Source of the DNA: a virus
DNA: 64,000 nucleotides
Reading direction: 5' to 3' (one strand)
Virus record (IMG/VR): IMGVR_UViG_3300045972_000071
Location: 23,618 to 87,617 of that record
In this document: one piece after another, positions 1 through 7,879 of the stretch
Numbering within the stretch: position 1 is the stretch's first letter
How the letters are laid out: each line of letters opens with the position of its first letter
Position numbers and translations under genes: made by a program
The notes under the pieces: generated by a model
What the model was told of the DNA's origin: nothing
Seen by the model: the letters and a program-made list of their open reading frames with translations, nothing else
Database searches by the model: none

Positions 1-520
1 GGATCCTGCAAGCGGGCGTGTAATGTCAGTAAGTGAAGTTATGGAAGAGGTATCTAAGTATAACTGTCCGAACGTCACTATCACTGGCGGTGAACCTATG
101 GAGCAGTATGACGAACTTTGTAACCTGCTTCATGCTCTGGATGCAAATCAGTATAATGTGTCCGTAGAAACTAACGGACTGCATTCTTTCTGGCGCAGAA
201 ATGCACCGATGATACATGCAACCTTTGTTGTGGATATCAAGAATGAAGGATTTATGGCATTATCCCGTATTGTAAACATGGGGCTTACATCTTCTGACAT
301 ACTCAAAATGGTAGTGGGCAGTGAAGCTGACTTTGCTGTGGCGTGTACACGAAAGAGAGAATTGCAAGAACGTGGTGTTAAAGCCAGATTCGCATTTTCT
401 CCAGAGTTCGGGAAAGTAGATCCAGACAGGATTCTTTCTTGGATGAAGAAATACGATCAAAATGATGCTATCCTTAATTTTCAGGCCCACAAAGTGCTTA
501 ATTTGACAGAGAATAATTAA
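1..520 (+). CDS. queE: 7-carboxy-7-deazaguanine synthase QueE (radical SAM), 5'-truncated by the window edge
   Basis: VTITGGEPM, SVETNG, DILKMVV and C-terminal QxHK motifs. The frame is open back to position 2 (DPASGRVM...), so the CxxxCxxC motif lies upstream of the window. folE and queC are nearby. Confidence 0.88.
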   Translation, partial: DPASGRVMSVSEVMEEVSKYNCPNVTITGGEPMEQYDELCNLLHALDANQYNVSVETNGLHSFWRRNAPMIHATFVVDIKNEGFMALSRIVNMGLTSSDILKMVVGSEADFAVACTRKRELQERGVKARFAFSPEFGKVDPDRILSWMKKYDQNDAILNFQAHKVLNLTENN

Positions 521-579
521 ATCTTGCATAAACTTCCTAAGTTATAATACTGTAATAATTATAACTTAGGAGGTTACTT

Positions 580-1200
580 ATGGGATGCAGTGTATTGGGT
601 TGTACAAACCATGAATTTAGTACAGGGCATGGGGACAGAAAGAAAAGAACAGGTAAATGTAGAAAACATCACTATAATTTACCTAGTAGACACTTGACCA
701 GTGATCCAAATATATATGTGATAGATGGTCCTATATGCAGGATAACGTGCCATAAAAAAGATAACTCTATCGCAGGTTATGCCATAATAGATACAGAAGA
801 TATGGAAAAATGTATTCCTTATAAATGGGGAATAACTTCGGATGGGTATGTAGTAAACGGTAAAAATCAAATTCGCCTGCATCATCTAATTATGAATCAT
901 ATTCCAGATAAAAATCACCCTATAGATCATAAAAATAGAATAAAATTGGATTGCAGAAAAGAGAATATGGAATTATCCACATATTCTAAAAATAATGTGA
1001 ATAGGGATTTAAAAAACAATACTTCCGGTCATAAATGTGTTTATTGGAATAAACACGCTAAATCTTGGGATGTAAGAATAACTAGGAATAAGATATGCAC
1101 TCAATTAGGGTACTACAAAACTCTTGAGAAAGCCATAGAAGTTAGGGATACTTTTTATATCCAGCTTCATAAGGTATTGAACTTAACTGAGACTAACTAG
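580..1200 (+). mobile_element. Free-standing HNH-AP2 homing endonuclease 1
   Basis: N-terminal Cys-rich CSVLGC..CRKHH, AIIDTED, LHHLIM..IDHKNR..DCRKEN (HNH), NTSGHKCVYW..W..LGYYKT (AP2). RBS TAGGAGG; visibly AT-rich. Confidence 0.9.
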
Positions 1201-1247
1201 CTGAAATTGCAGGTCCATTTATTTATTTCACTACCGAAGAAAATAAG

Positions 1248-1277
1248 TTGAACAGGGAATTAAATATGTGCTATATT
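1248..1277 (+). promoter_or_regulatory. Sigma70-like promoter for the HU operon
   Basis: TTGAAC-18nt-TATATT with a TGTG extension before the -10. Confidence 0.5.
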
Positions 1278-1338
1278 TTAAACATCGAAGCACAAAACAC
1301 GAACCCTACAGATTCATATCTTATGAAAGGAGAATCCA

Positions 1339-1614
1339 ATGACAAGAAGAGAACTGATTAGCGCCGTAGCTGAACAGACCAAACTGACTAAATCTGATGT
1401 GGAGCGAGTATTGTACTCAACATTCGACAAGGTCATTTCGGGACAGCTTGCGGAAGGTAACACAGTGGCTATCAATGACTTCGGTAAGTTTGAGCCGAAA
1501 TTGAAAGCCGCTCGCACTGGTCGCAATCCCGCAACGGGAGACACACTTGAAATTTCAGAAAAAATGGCACTGAGCTTTAAACCAGCATCAGCACTCAAAA
1601 ACCTGATGAACTAG
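1339..1614 (+). CDS. hup: HU-family histone-like DNA-binding protein
   Basis: MTRRELISAVAE...FGKF...ARTGRNPATG...FKPASALK; RBS AAGGAG. Confidence 0.95.
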   Translation: MTRRELISAVAEQTKLTKSDVERVLYSTFDKVISGQLAEGNTVAINDFGKFEPKLKAARTGRNPATGDTLEISEKMALSFKPASALKNLMN

Positions 1615-1651
1615 GTTCATCACAACCCAATTTCCTAAGGGGGAAATAACA

Positions 1652-2227
1652 ATGATCGCATCCGCAAAGATTGACCTCACTGAACTGAAAGCCGCTGTCA
1701 AAGACCTGAACTCTTCTGGTCTGATTGAAGCAACCATCAAAACTGTCGGCGTAAGCAAAGAAACCCTGGCTCAGGCATTTGTTGAAGCCTGCGACTCTCT
1801 GACCGATGATAACTTCAATACCGTAACTGTTGTTGACGATGTACCTACTGCTATCGGTGCAATGTACCAGACTCTCACAGCAGAAGAAGTTGCCGAGGAA
1901 GAAACTGTGAAAGAAGCCGCAAAAGCAAAAGCCGGTAAAGAGCCCAAAGCACCGAAAGAGCCCAAAGCACCGAAAGAGCCCAAAGCACCGAAAGAGCCGA
2001 AAGAGCCCAAAGAAAAGAAAGAAATCCCGAAAGATGCATTCGGCTCCGTACTCGGATCGAAATCTGCCGCAATGAACGCTCTGATCGCCGCTGGTACTAC
2101 AATCGAAGATATCATGGCAAAAGCCGGGGTCACCCGTACTTCTGCTCTGAATCACATCAAGTTCATCGAAAAAGAACGTGGTGTCGTTATTACCCGTGAT
2201 GGTGATAACGTGTCCGGCAAGAAGTAA
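1652..2227 (+). CDS. Putative DNA-binding protein with a KEPKAP repeat linker and a C-terminal HTH-like domain
   Basis: Acidic N-terminal domain, Lys/Pro repeat, C-terminal TIEDIMAKAGVTRTSALNHI helix-turn-helix pattern. Confidence 0.6.
   Translation: MIASAKIDLTELKAAVKDLNSSGLIEATIKTVGVSKETLAQAFVEACDSLTDDNFNTVTVVDDVPTAIGAMYQTLTAEEVAEEETVKEAAKAKAGKEPKAPKEPKAPKEPKAPKEPKEPKEKKEIPKDAFGSVLGSKSAAMNALIAAGTTIEDIMAKAGVTRTSALNHIKFIEKERGVVITRDGDNVSGKK
1937..2008 (+). repeat. In-frame 18-bp tandem repeat (AAAGAGCCCAAAGCACCG x3, plus two 9-bp half units)
   Basis: Exact copies at 1937, 1955 and 1973 encode KEPKAP. Confidence 0.95.
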
Positions 2228-2250
2228 TCTGTTCACATATTAATCTAAAC

Positions 2251-2277
2251 GGAGTCGGCATGTAATGTGCCGACTCC
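2251..2277 (+). terminator. Intergenic hairpin (terminator or mRNA stabiliser)
   Basis: 10-bp stem GGAGTCGGCA / TGCCGACTCC; weak U-tract. Confidence 0.55.
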
Positions 2278-2292
2278 ATTCGTGGAGACTCT

Positions 2293-2871
2293 ATGAACCT
2301 GAAACTAGCTGAAAAACATCTGAGAAACTTGCTGATCGAAGGTTTAGGTCTTGACCTTACTGATCCTAACTTAATGGATACACCCTCCCGCATCGCTAAA
2401 ATGTACACCAAAGAACTGTTTCACAATGTCGGGGAAGAATACCCGGCAGAAGAACTGCGTAGTTTTCCCAATGATAATAATTATAATCAGATCGTAATGG
2501 TCGATAATATACACTTTGATTCCATGTGTTCACATCACTTTATGCCGTTCTCCGGTAAAGCATGGTTCTTATACATTCCCGACAAAACTCTTGCAGGGGT
2601 GTCTAAATTACCACGTCTTGTTGAGCATTATTCTGCTCGTCCTCAGCTTCAAGAAAACTTGTGTCACGAAATACTCAACAGATTTATTGATGTTGTTCAG
2701 CCGAAAGGTGCCATGCTTGTTATGCGGGCAATACACGGGTGCATGTCTTGTCGGGGTGTTCGTCAATACAATAACACTGGAATGATATCATCTGCTTTGT
2801 ATGGTTCTTTTGAACAACAATCTACCCGAGAAGAAGCAATGGGACTCATTGCACTATCCTCACATCAATAG
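2293..2871 (+). CDS. folE: GTP cyclohydrolase I
   Basis: DTPSRIAKMY, SMCSHHFMPF, GVSKLPR, RPQLQE, HGCMSCRGV. Confidence 0.97.
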   Translation: MNLKLAEKHLRNLLIEGLGLDLTDPNLMDTPSRIAKMYTKELFHNVGEEYPAEELRSFPNDNNYNQIVMVDNIHFDSMCSHHFMPFSGKAWFLYIPDKTLAGVSKLPRLVEHYSARPQLQENLCHEILNRFIDVVQPKGAMLVMRAIHGCMSCRGVRQYNNTGMISSALYGSFEQQSTREEAMGLIALSSHQ

Positions 2872-2879
2872 GAGATACA

Positions 2880-3491
2880 ATGGATTCCCCTTACATTCTC
2901 AAACCTGCTGAGAATCGCACCGAAGCCGAAGTAAAGTATGGTAATCACTTTGAAAGAAATGTATACTTGAAGGGTGAGAAACTTGATGCCCGTGCCGCAC
3001 TGCGTTATGCCATAGCTTCTGCTTACATAGAAGAAGGTATGAATGTTCTTGATATAGGATGTTCTAACGGATATGGTTCTGCTCTGTTGACCTCTAAAAT
3101 AAATTATACAGGTATTGATTATGATGCTAATATAATTACATTAGCGAATGAACTGTTTGCCGATGATAATCATTCCTTTGTATGTTGCAAAGCACAAGAG
3201 TTTCCAATGACAAAACGGTATGATGTAATCATAGCTTATGAGTTTTTGGAACATATTACAGATGGTGTTGCATTTGCCCAGGAGTTAAAGAAACACTGTA
3301 ATCATTTATTTTGCTCTGTACCGTATAATGAGAAACCTGGGTTCTGGGGGGAGCATCACGTAATACACCGACTGATTGAAAAAGATTTCCCTGGATTCAG
3401 TTACAATTACATTTCATTTGAAGGTACATTGCTAGACGCACCGGAATATATTGATGGTTCAAATCTCATGTTATTACATTGGAGTAGATGA
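2880..3491 (+). CDS. Class I SAM-dependent methyltransferase (small-molecule/sugar type)
   Basis: VLDIGCSNGYGS motif I, GIDYD, YDVIIAYEFLEHI. No DPPY/NPPY or PC DNA-methyltransferase motif. Confidence 0.88.
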   Translation: MDSPYILKPAENRTEAEVKYGNHFERNVYLKGEKLDARAALRYAIASAYIEEGMNVLDIGCSNGYGSALLTSKINYTGIDYDANIITLANELFADDNHSFVCCKAQEFPMTKRYDVIIAYEFLEHITDGVAFAQELKKHCNHLFCSVPYNEKPGFWGEHHVIHRLIEKDFPGFSYNYISFEGTLLDAPEYIDGSNLMLLHWSR

Positions 3492-3507
3492 TGATTTATA
3501 CCAATGT

Positions 3508-3588
3508 AAAGCGGCAAGAGAATTACATGGTGAATATGCTGTCCTAAACAAAATTCAGTTATTGAGGAGAAGTACATGCAAAAAATAA
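3508..3588 (+). pseudogene. C-terminal remnant of an HNH-AP2 endonuclease
   Basis: Reads KAARELHGEYAVLNKIQLLRRS, matching the HNH3 end AKELHGEFAVLNKIPLIRRR. Confidence 0.75.
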
Positions 3589-4709
3589 AAGTCGCATTGG
3601 TGGGGGTCGGCAACTGTGCATCCTCTCTTGTTCAAGGAGTCAGCTACTACTCAATGAAACAAGAATCCAATATACCTGGTATTATGTTCCCTGATATTGG
3701 CGGATACAAACCTTGGGACATTGAGTTTGTTGCCGCATGGGACGTTGACTGTAGAAAAGTAGGAGAACAACTAAGGGACGCCATCTTTGCTAGTCCTAAC
3801 TGCTGTCGCTTCTTTCATTGGGAAATTGATGATAACTGCATTGTCAGAAAAGGTCCTGTTCTTGACGGCGTTGCACCTCACATGCTTGACTACCATGAAA
3901 ACATTCACTTTGAACTAGATGATAGTCCTAATGATGATCTGGAAGAAGTTAAATGCATTCTGCGGGAACGTGAAGTGGACGTTGTTCTCAACTACTTGCC
4001 AGTAGGAAGTAAACTCGCTACTGACTTCTGGGTAAGAGCCTGTGTGCAGGCGAGAGTACCGCTTGTGAACTGTATACCAGAGTTTATTGCTTCTGATCCA
4101 GTCTATGAGCGTATGTTCGTTGAAGCTGGTATTCCTATCATTGGGGATGATATGCGTTCACAAGTTGGTGCAAGCGTTCTATCCCAAGTATTGCAGGAAC
4201 TTGCATTTGATCGCGGGTGTCATGTAAAGTTTCATCAGCAGATAAATGTTGGGGGTAATACCGACTTTGCAAATATGATGGATAATAAGCGTATCCGATC
4301 AAAGAAGATATCCAAAGAGAATGTTATACGTTCTCAGAACGATATCAGGGGAATTGAAGCACCGAAAGATTCTATCTATGCCGGCCCTTCTTCATTCATT
4401 CCCTACTTGAAAGATAATAAAGTTGCATACATTCGCATGGAACTGGAGGGATTCGGTGGAGCACCTATTGAAATCGACTGTAAATTATCTGTACAGGATT
4501 CTGAAAACTCTGCTGGTATTGTTATTGACGCCATTCGTTATCTTAAAGTGGCACATGAAATGGGAATATCCGGAGCGTTACGGGGACCTTCAGCATGGAC
4601 ACAAAAGACACCACCACAGCAGATGCAATATCGGGATGCTATGGAAGAATGCAAAGCCCTTGCGGAAAGGAGATATACCGAGTGTACGATAAATCAGGTA
4701 AAAAAGTAA
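3576..4709 (+). CDS. ino1: myo-inositol-1(3)-phosphate synthase
   Basis: KVALVGVGNCASSLVQG, NYLPVGS, VNCIPEFIASDP, IGDDMRSQVGAS, QINVGGNTDF, DNKVAYIR, DSENSAG. Confidence 0.95.
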   Translation: MQKIKVALVGVGNCASSLVQGVSYYSMKQESNIPGIMFPDIGGYKPWDIEFVAAWDVDCRKVGEQLRDAIFASPNCCRFFHWEIDDNCIVRKGPVLDGVAPHMLDYHENIHFELDDSPNDDLEEVKCILREREVDVVLNYLPVGSKLATDFWVRACVQARVPLVNCIPEFIASDPVYERMFVEAGIPIIGDDMRSQVGASVLSQVLQELAFDRGCHVKFHQQINVGGNTDFANMMDNKRIRSKKISKENVIRSQNDIRGIEAPKDSIYAGPSSFIPYLKDNKVAYIRMELEGFGGAPIEIDCKLSVQDSENSAGIVIDAIRYLKVAHEMGISGALRGPSAWTQKTPPQQMQYRDAMEECKALAERRYTECTINQVKK

Positions 4710-5104
4710 TTCAGTCCTTTGATCTTGACGGTGTGATCTTCATCAATGGAAATATACCCGGACTAAGACCTACTGTACATGATATTATTATCACTGGAAG
4801 ATCCTTCGAAGAAGCAGAAGGAACTTACTGGGCATTAAAAAATGTAGGTATAGATAATCGGGTATATTTCAATCGTCTGCTGTTCGATGAAAAGACTAGA
4901 ATCACATCGGGACAGCATAAGGGACGCACTCTCCGCACTCTCATAAGCGAAGGACATAACATCGTCTGTCACTATGATGATGATGAAATTCAGATAGCGG
5001 AGATCAGCAAATATGTGTCAATACCAATCATTCACATTAAACATGAACTCACTGAGAAGGAGAACATTCGTCATGACCAAGAAAAAGATAGCAATCCTGT
5101 ATAG
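4682..5104 (+). CDS. HAD-superfamily phosphatase (capless)
   Basis: FDLDGV motif I, ITGRS motif II, K, YDDD motif IV. Probable GTG start at 4682 after AAGGAG, overlapping the ino1 end. Confidence 0.8.
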   Translation: MYDKSGKKVIQSFDLDGVIFINGNIPGLRPTVHDIIITGRSFEEAEGTYWALKNVGIDNRVYFNRLLFDEKTRITSGQHKGRTLRTLISEGHNIVCHYDDDEIQIAEISKYVSIPIIHIKHELTEKENIRHDQEKDSNPV

Positions 5105-5909
5105 CGGGGGATTAGACAGCTTCATCATGTACAATATGGCAAAGTTTTATCATCCGGGCGATGAAATTATTGCTGTATACTTCGATCACGGCGCTTCCTA
5201 CTGTAAGCGGGAGATAGAAAAACTCCCCGACTTTGTGCAAGTACGCAAGCTCGACTGGCTCGATGAAACCCACACTACTGTTACACAACCAGGTAGACGT
5301 GAAGGTGCAATTATGATACCGGGACGTAATCTGGTGTTTGCTACCGCACTCGTTTGTCAAGAACTACCTGACGAACTTTGGATTGGTGCTCTACACGGTG
5401 AGACACATGAGAAGGGTACGGACAAGAACTACACGTTCCTTGCTAAGATGAATGAAACCCTTAATTATGTTGTCGGTCCTTTCCGAAACAAGGTTCCTAT
5501 GTACTGTAAGTTCCCCCTTGCTGATTTGAAGTTGGATAAACTCGATTCAGTTAAGTGGGCACTCACTCATGGAATTAGTCGTGAACAACTGATGCGTACT
5601 CGCTCCTGTCATGATGGTAGTACAGATAAGTGTGGTGCTTGTATTCAGTGTGTTAAACGATGGGCTGTGTTCGGGGCATGTGGATTCACCGAACTGTATG
5701 ATACACATCCACTTGATTCGGAATTCGGTAAGAAATTCGTATCTGACCTGGTCAAGTGTGAACTTGGGGAAGATGATTACTACGGAGAAGAGACAAGAGC
5801 GGAGATAATGCCACATCTACATTTCATGGCTAACACATTCCCTTCTCTCTTCGAGGAAGAAACACTTGCTGATATCCGTAGACTACAAAATCTGAGTAGG
5901 GATTACTAA
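5073..5909 (+). CDS. queC: QueC-like PP-loop ATPase (7-cyano-7-deazaguanine synthase family, divergent)
   Basis: YSGGLDS, IPGRNL and TRSC..CGACIQCVKR Zn site. ATG at 5073 after AAGGAG. Confidence 0.85.
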   Translation: MTKKKIAILYSGGLDSFIMYNMAKFYHPGDEIIAVYFDHGASYCKREIEKLPDFVQVRKLDWLDETHTTVTQPGRREGAIMIPGRNLVFATALVCQELPDELWIGALHGETHEKGTDKNYTFLAKMNETLNYVVGPFRNKVPMYCKFPLADLKLDKLDSVKWALTHGISREQLMRTRSCHDGSTDKCGACIQCVKRWAVFGACGFTELYDTHPLDSEFGKKFVSDLVKCELGEDDYYGEETRAEIMPHLHFMANTFPSLFEEETLADIRRLQNLSRDY

Positions 5910-5956
5910 TGGATAGTTCAATCTTTCTCGACTCTTTATTATTCTTGACTTTATAG
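5909..5956 (+). pseudogene. Orphaned original 5' end of the dpdA-like gene (MDSSIFLDS, then 6 unrelated codons and a stop)
   Basis: TAATG coupling to queC; the first 9 codons duplicate 6779-6805. Confidence 0.8.
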
Positions 5957-5973
5957 AATGCATGATATAATAT
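5945..5973 (+). promoter_or_regulatory. Promoter carried by the HNH2 cassette
   Basis: TTGACT, then TGa-TATAAT (extended -10). Confidence 0.55.
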
Positions 5974-6003
5974 CCTTCTAACATAAATAATTAGGAGGAT
6001 ATT

Positions 6004-6786
6004 ATGTCAGAATGTATTTGGGAAGGTTGCACAGAGGATGGTAATAATAAAGGATACTGTAAAAAACATTATGATAAATGGTATTACAAATTGTGTAGAG
6101 AGAAAGCCGGACTAGCCCAATATACAAATCAAAATCCCATAAGAAAACGGACAAAAATAACCGGTACATGCAATGTGGAGGGATGTGACTCACAAATTCA
6201 CTGTAAGGGTGTTTGCTACAGGCATTATCTACATCTACGAAATCATGGAGAAATTAGGGAGAGAACTAGAATAACTCCTAATGATTTTATCATTGACGGC
6301 GACACCTGTAAAATAGGTTGTTATAACATCTACTGTGATCTAGTAGGTTATGCTTTAATTGATGCCGAAGATGTAGATAGATGCAAACCACATAAATGGT
6401 ATTTTGAAGTAGATGGTTATGTGAGTAGTACAACAGCAGGAAGTTTGCACCATTTTATATTAGGCACTAAACCTAGAAGTGGTGTATTTCCAGATCATAA
6501 AAACAGAGTATGCCATGATAATAGGAAAGATAATTTAAGAATTGCAACCACATCACAAAATGCCTGTAATTCTAAAATAAACTCCCGTAATAAAACAGGA
6601 TATAAGGGTGTTTACTTTAACGGAAAAGAGTTTGTAGTTTATATATGTTCAAACGGTAAAAACAATCTTGTGGGTAAGTACAATACGAAGGAGGAAGCGG
6701 CTATGATTTACAACCAGAAAGCCAAAGAGCTTCACGGAGAGTTTGCATTTCAAAATACTCTCAAAGAGAGTGTGGTCATTGGATAG
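6004..6786 (+). mobile_element. Free-standing HNH-AP2 homing endonuclease 2
   Basis: Two CxxxGC..CxxHY repeats, ALIDAED, PDHKNR..DNRKDNLR, TGYKGV..AKELHGEFA. Confidence 0.92.
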
Positions 6787-7645
6787 TTCAATATTCCTCG
6801 ATAGTGGTGCTTTCTCCGCAATGACATCTGGACAGACCCTAGATGTGTATGCCTACATTGATTATGTCAATGAGCATAAGGAGTTCTTTGATCTGTATGC
6901 TAACCTTGACGTAATAGGTTCTGCTGAAGGTACATGGAAGAATCAAAGGATAATGGAGAAAGCGGGACTTAATCCATTACCTGTCTATCACATCAATGAA
7001 GATCCTAAGTTTCTTGCGATGGCAATGGAGTATGATTACTTTGCTGTTGGGGGAATGGCAAGATCGAGTTCCGCTTCATTGCAGTTCCAAGTAGATGAAA
7101 TATTCTCTATCATCTGCCCGAAGAGCAACGACTATTTTCCTACTCATAAAATACATGGGTTCGGAACTACTAAACCAAGTATCATGGTCAGCTACCCCTG
7201 GTACTCTGTTGACTCTTCTTCATGGGTTAAATATGGTCTGTACGGTATTGTGCTGATACCCCGATTCTTTCACGGTAAGCCTACATACAATAAGCCACCT
7301 ATGACTGTTGTTATGTCGAACAGATCAAAAGCAATCGGAGATCAACTCCACTTTGCAAACATTTCAGCAATGGAAAAGGAAGCTATCCTTAACTACTTTG
7401 CTGAGAAAGGTATCTCTATAGGAGAATCTTACATCGTCAATGTTGAAGCAGGGCACGAACTGCTGGACAATGAAGTCTGGATAAACAAAGAGAAGACGAA
7501 AGTGGAACAGATTTGTGAGTACGGTCTGATAAATAATCATGTAGCCCGTGACCATGCAAACTTGCTTTACTTTCTTGACCTTGAGAAGTTTCAGCAGAAG
7601 TGGCCATGGCAGTGGAAAAAGAAATCAGGGAGATTAGATATATGA
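6779..7645 (+). CDS. dpdA: TGT-fold DNA base transglycosylase, DpdA-like
   Basis: FLDSGAFS, NLDVIG, PVYH, AVGG, HGFG and YPWYSVDSSSW motifs; deazaguanine pathway context. TTG start at 6779 inferred from the duplicated N-terminus. Confidence 0.75.
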   Translation: MDSSIFLDSGAFSAMTSGQTLDVYAYIDYVNEHKEFFDLYANLDVIGSAEGTWKNQRIMEKAGLNPLPVYHINEDPKFLAMAMEYDYFAVGGMARSSSASLQFQVDEIFSIICPKSNDYFPTHKIHGFGTTKPSIMVSYPWYSVDSSSWVKYGLYGIVLIPRFFHGKPTYNKPPMTVVMSNRSKAIGDQLHFANISAMEKEAILNYFAEKGISIGESYIVNVEAGHELLDNEVWINKEKTKVEQICEYGLINNHVARDHANLLYFLDLEKFQQKWPWQWKKKSGRLDI

Positions 7646-7821
7646 GAATTTACTTAGCAGGGAACTTCCCGCAGTTATCGAAAAAAGAATCTGAAATGGT
7701 CATGGTGGAGAACATAAAGAAAGCGGACTCTGCTTATAACCGACTCATTACTTATTTCTTTCCTAAGTATTGCACCACTGTTATCTCAATCAAAAAGGAT
7801 ATGATTGAGGGTAAAATTTAA
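7642..7821 (+). CDS. 59-aa protein (MRIYLAG...RLITYF), possibly the detached N-terminal piece of the transglycosylase
   Basis: ATGA overlap with the dpdA-like stop; GGGAG RBS. Confidence 0.6.
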   Translation: MRIYLAGNFPQLSKKESEMVMVENIKKADSAYNRLITYFFPKYCTTVISIKKDMIEGKI

Positions 7822-7850
7822 TTAACAGGTACATGAATTTGTGATATAAT
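7822..7850 (+). promoter_or_regulatory. Sigma70-like promoter for the clamp/polymerase operon
   Basis: TTAACA-17nt-TATAAT with a TGTG extension. Confidence 0.7.
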
Positions 7851-7879
7851 CATTATGAATAAAATTAAAAGGAGATGTT

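Noticed and set aside
1937-2008. Tandem repeat as a CRISPR array
   Set aside because: No spacers, and it is an in-frame coding repeat. No cas genes or arrays were seen in the window.
1595-2236. Antisense ORFs with LFRCFG/ALSVLW repeats
   Set aside because: Mirror readings of the KEPKAP repeat.
2880-3491. DNA methyltransferase call
   Set aside because: Lacks DPPY/NPPY/SPPY or PC catalytic motifs.
5936-6778. Group I intron interrupting dpdA
   Set aside because: Almost no non-coding sequence for a ribozyme core, and the exon start is duplicated rather than split.
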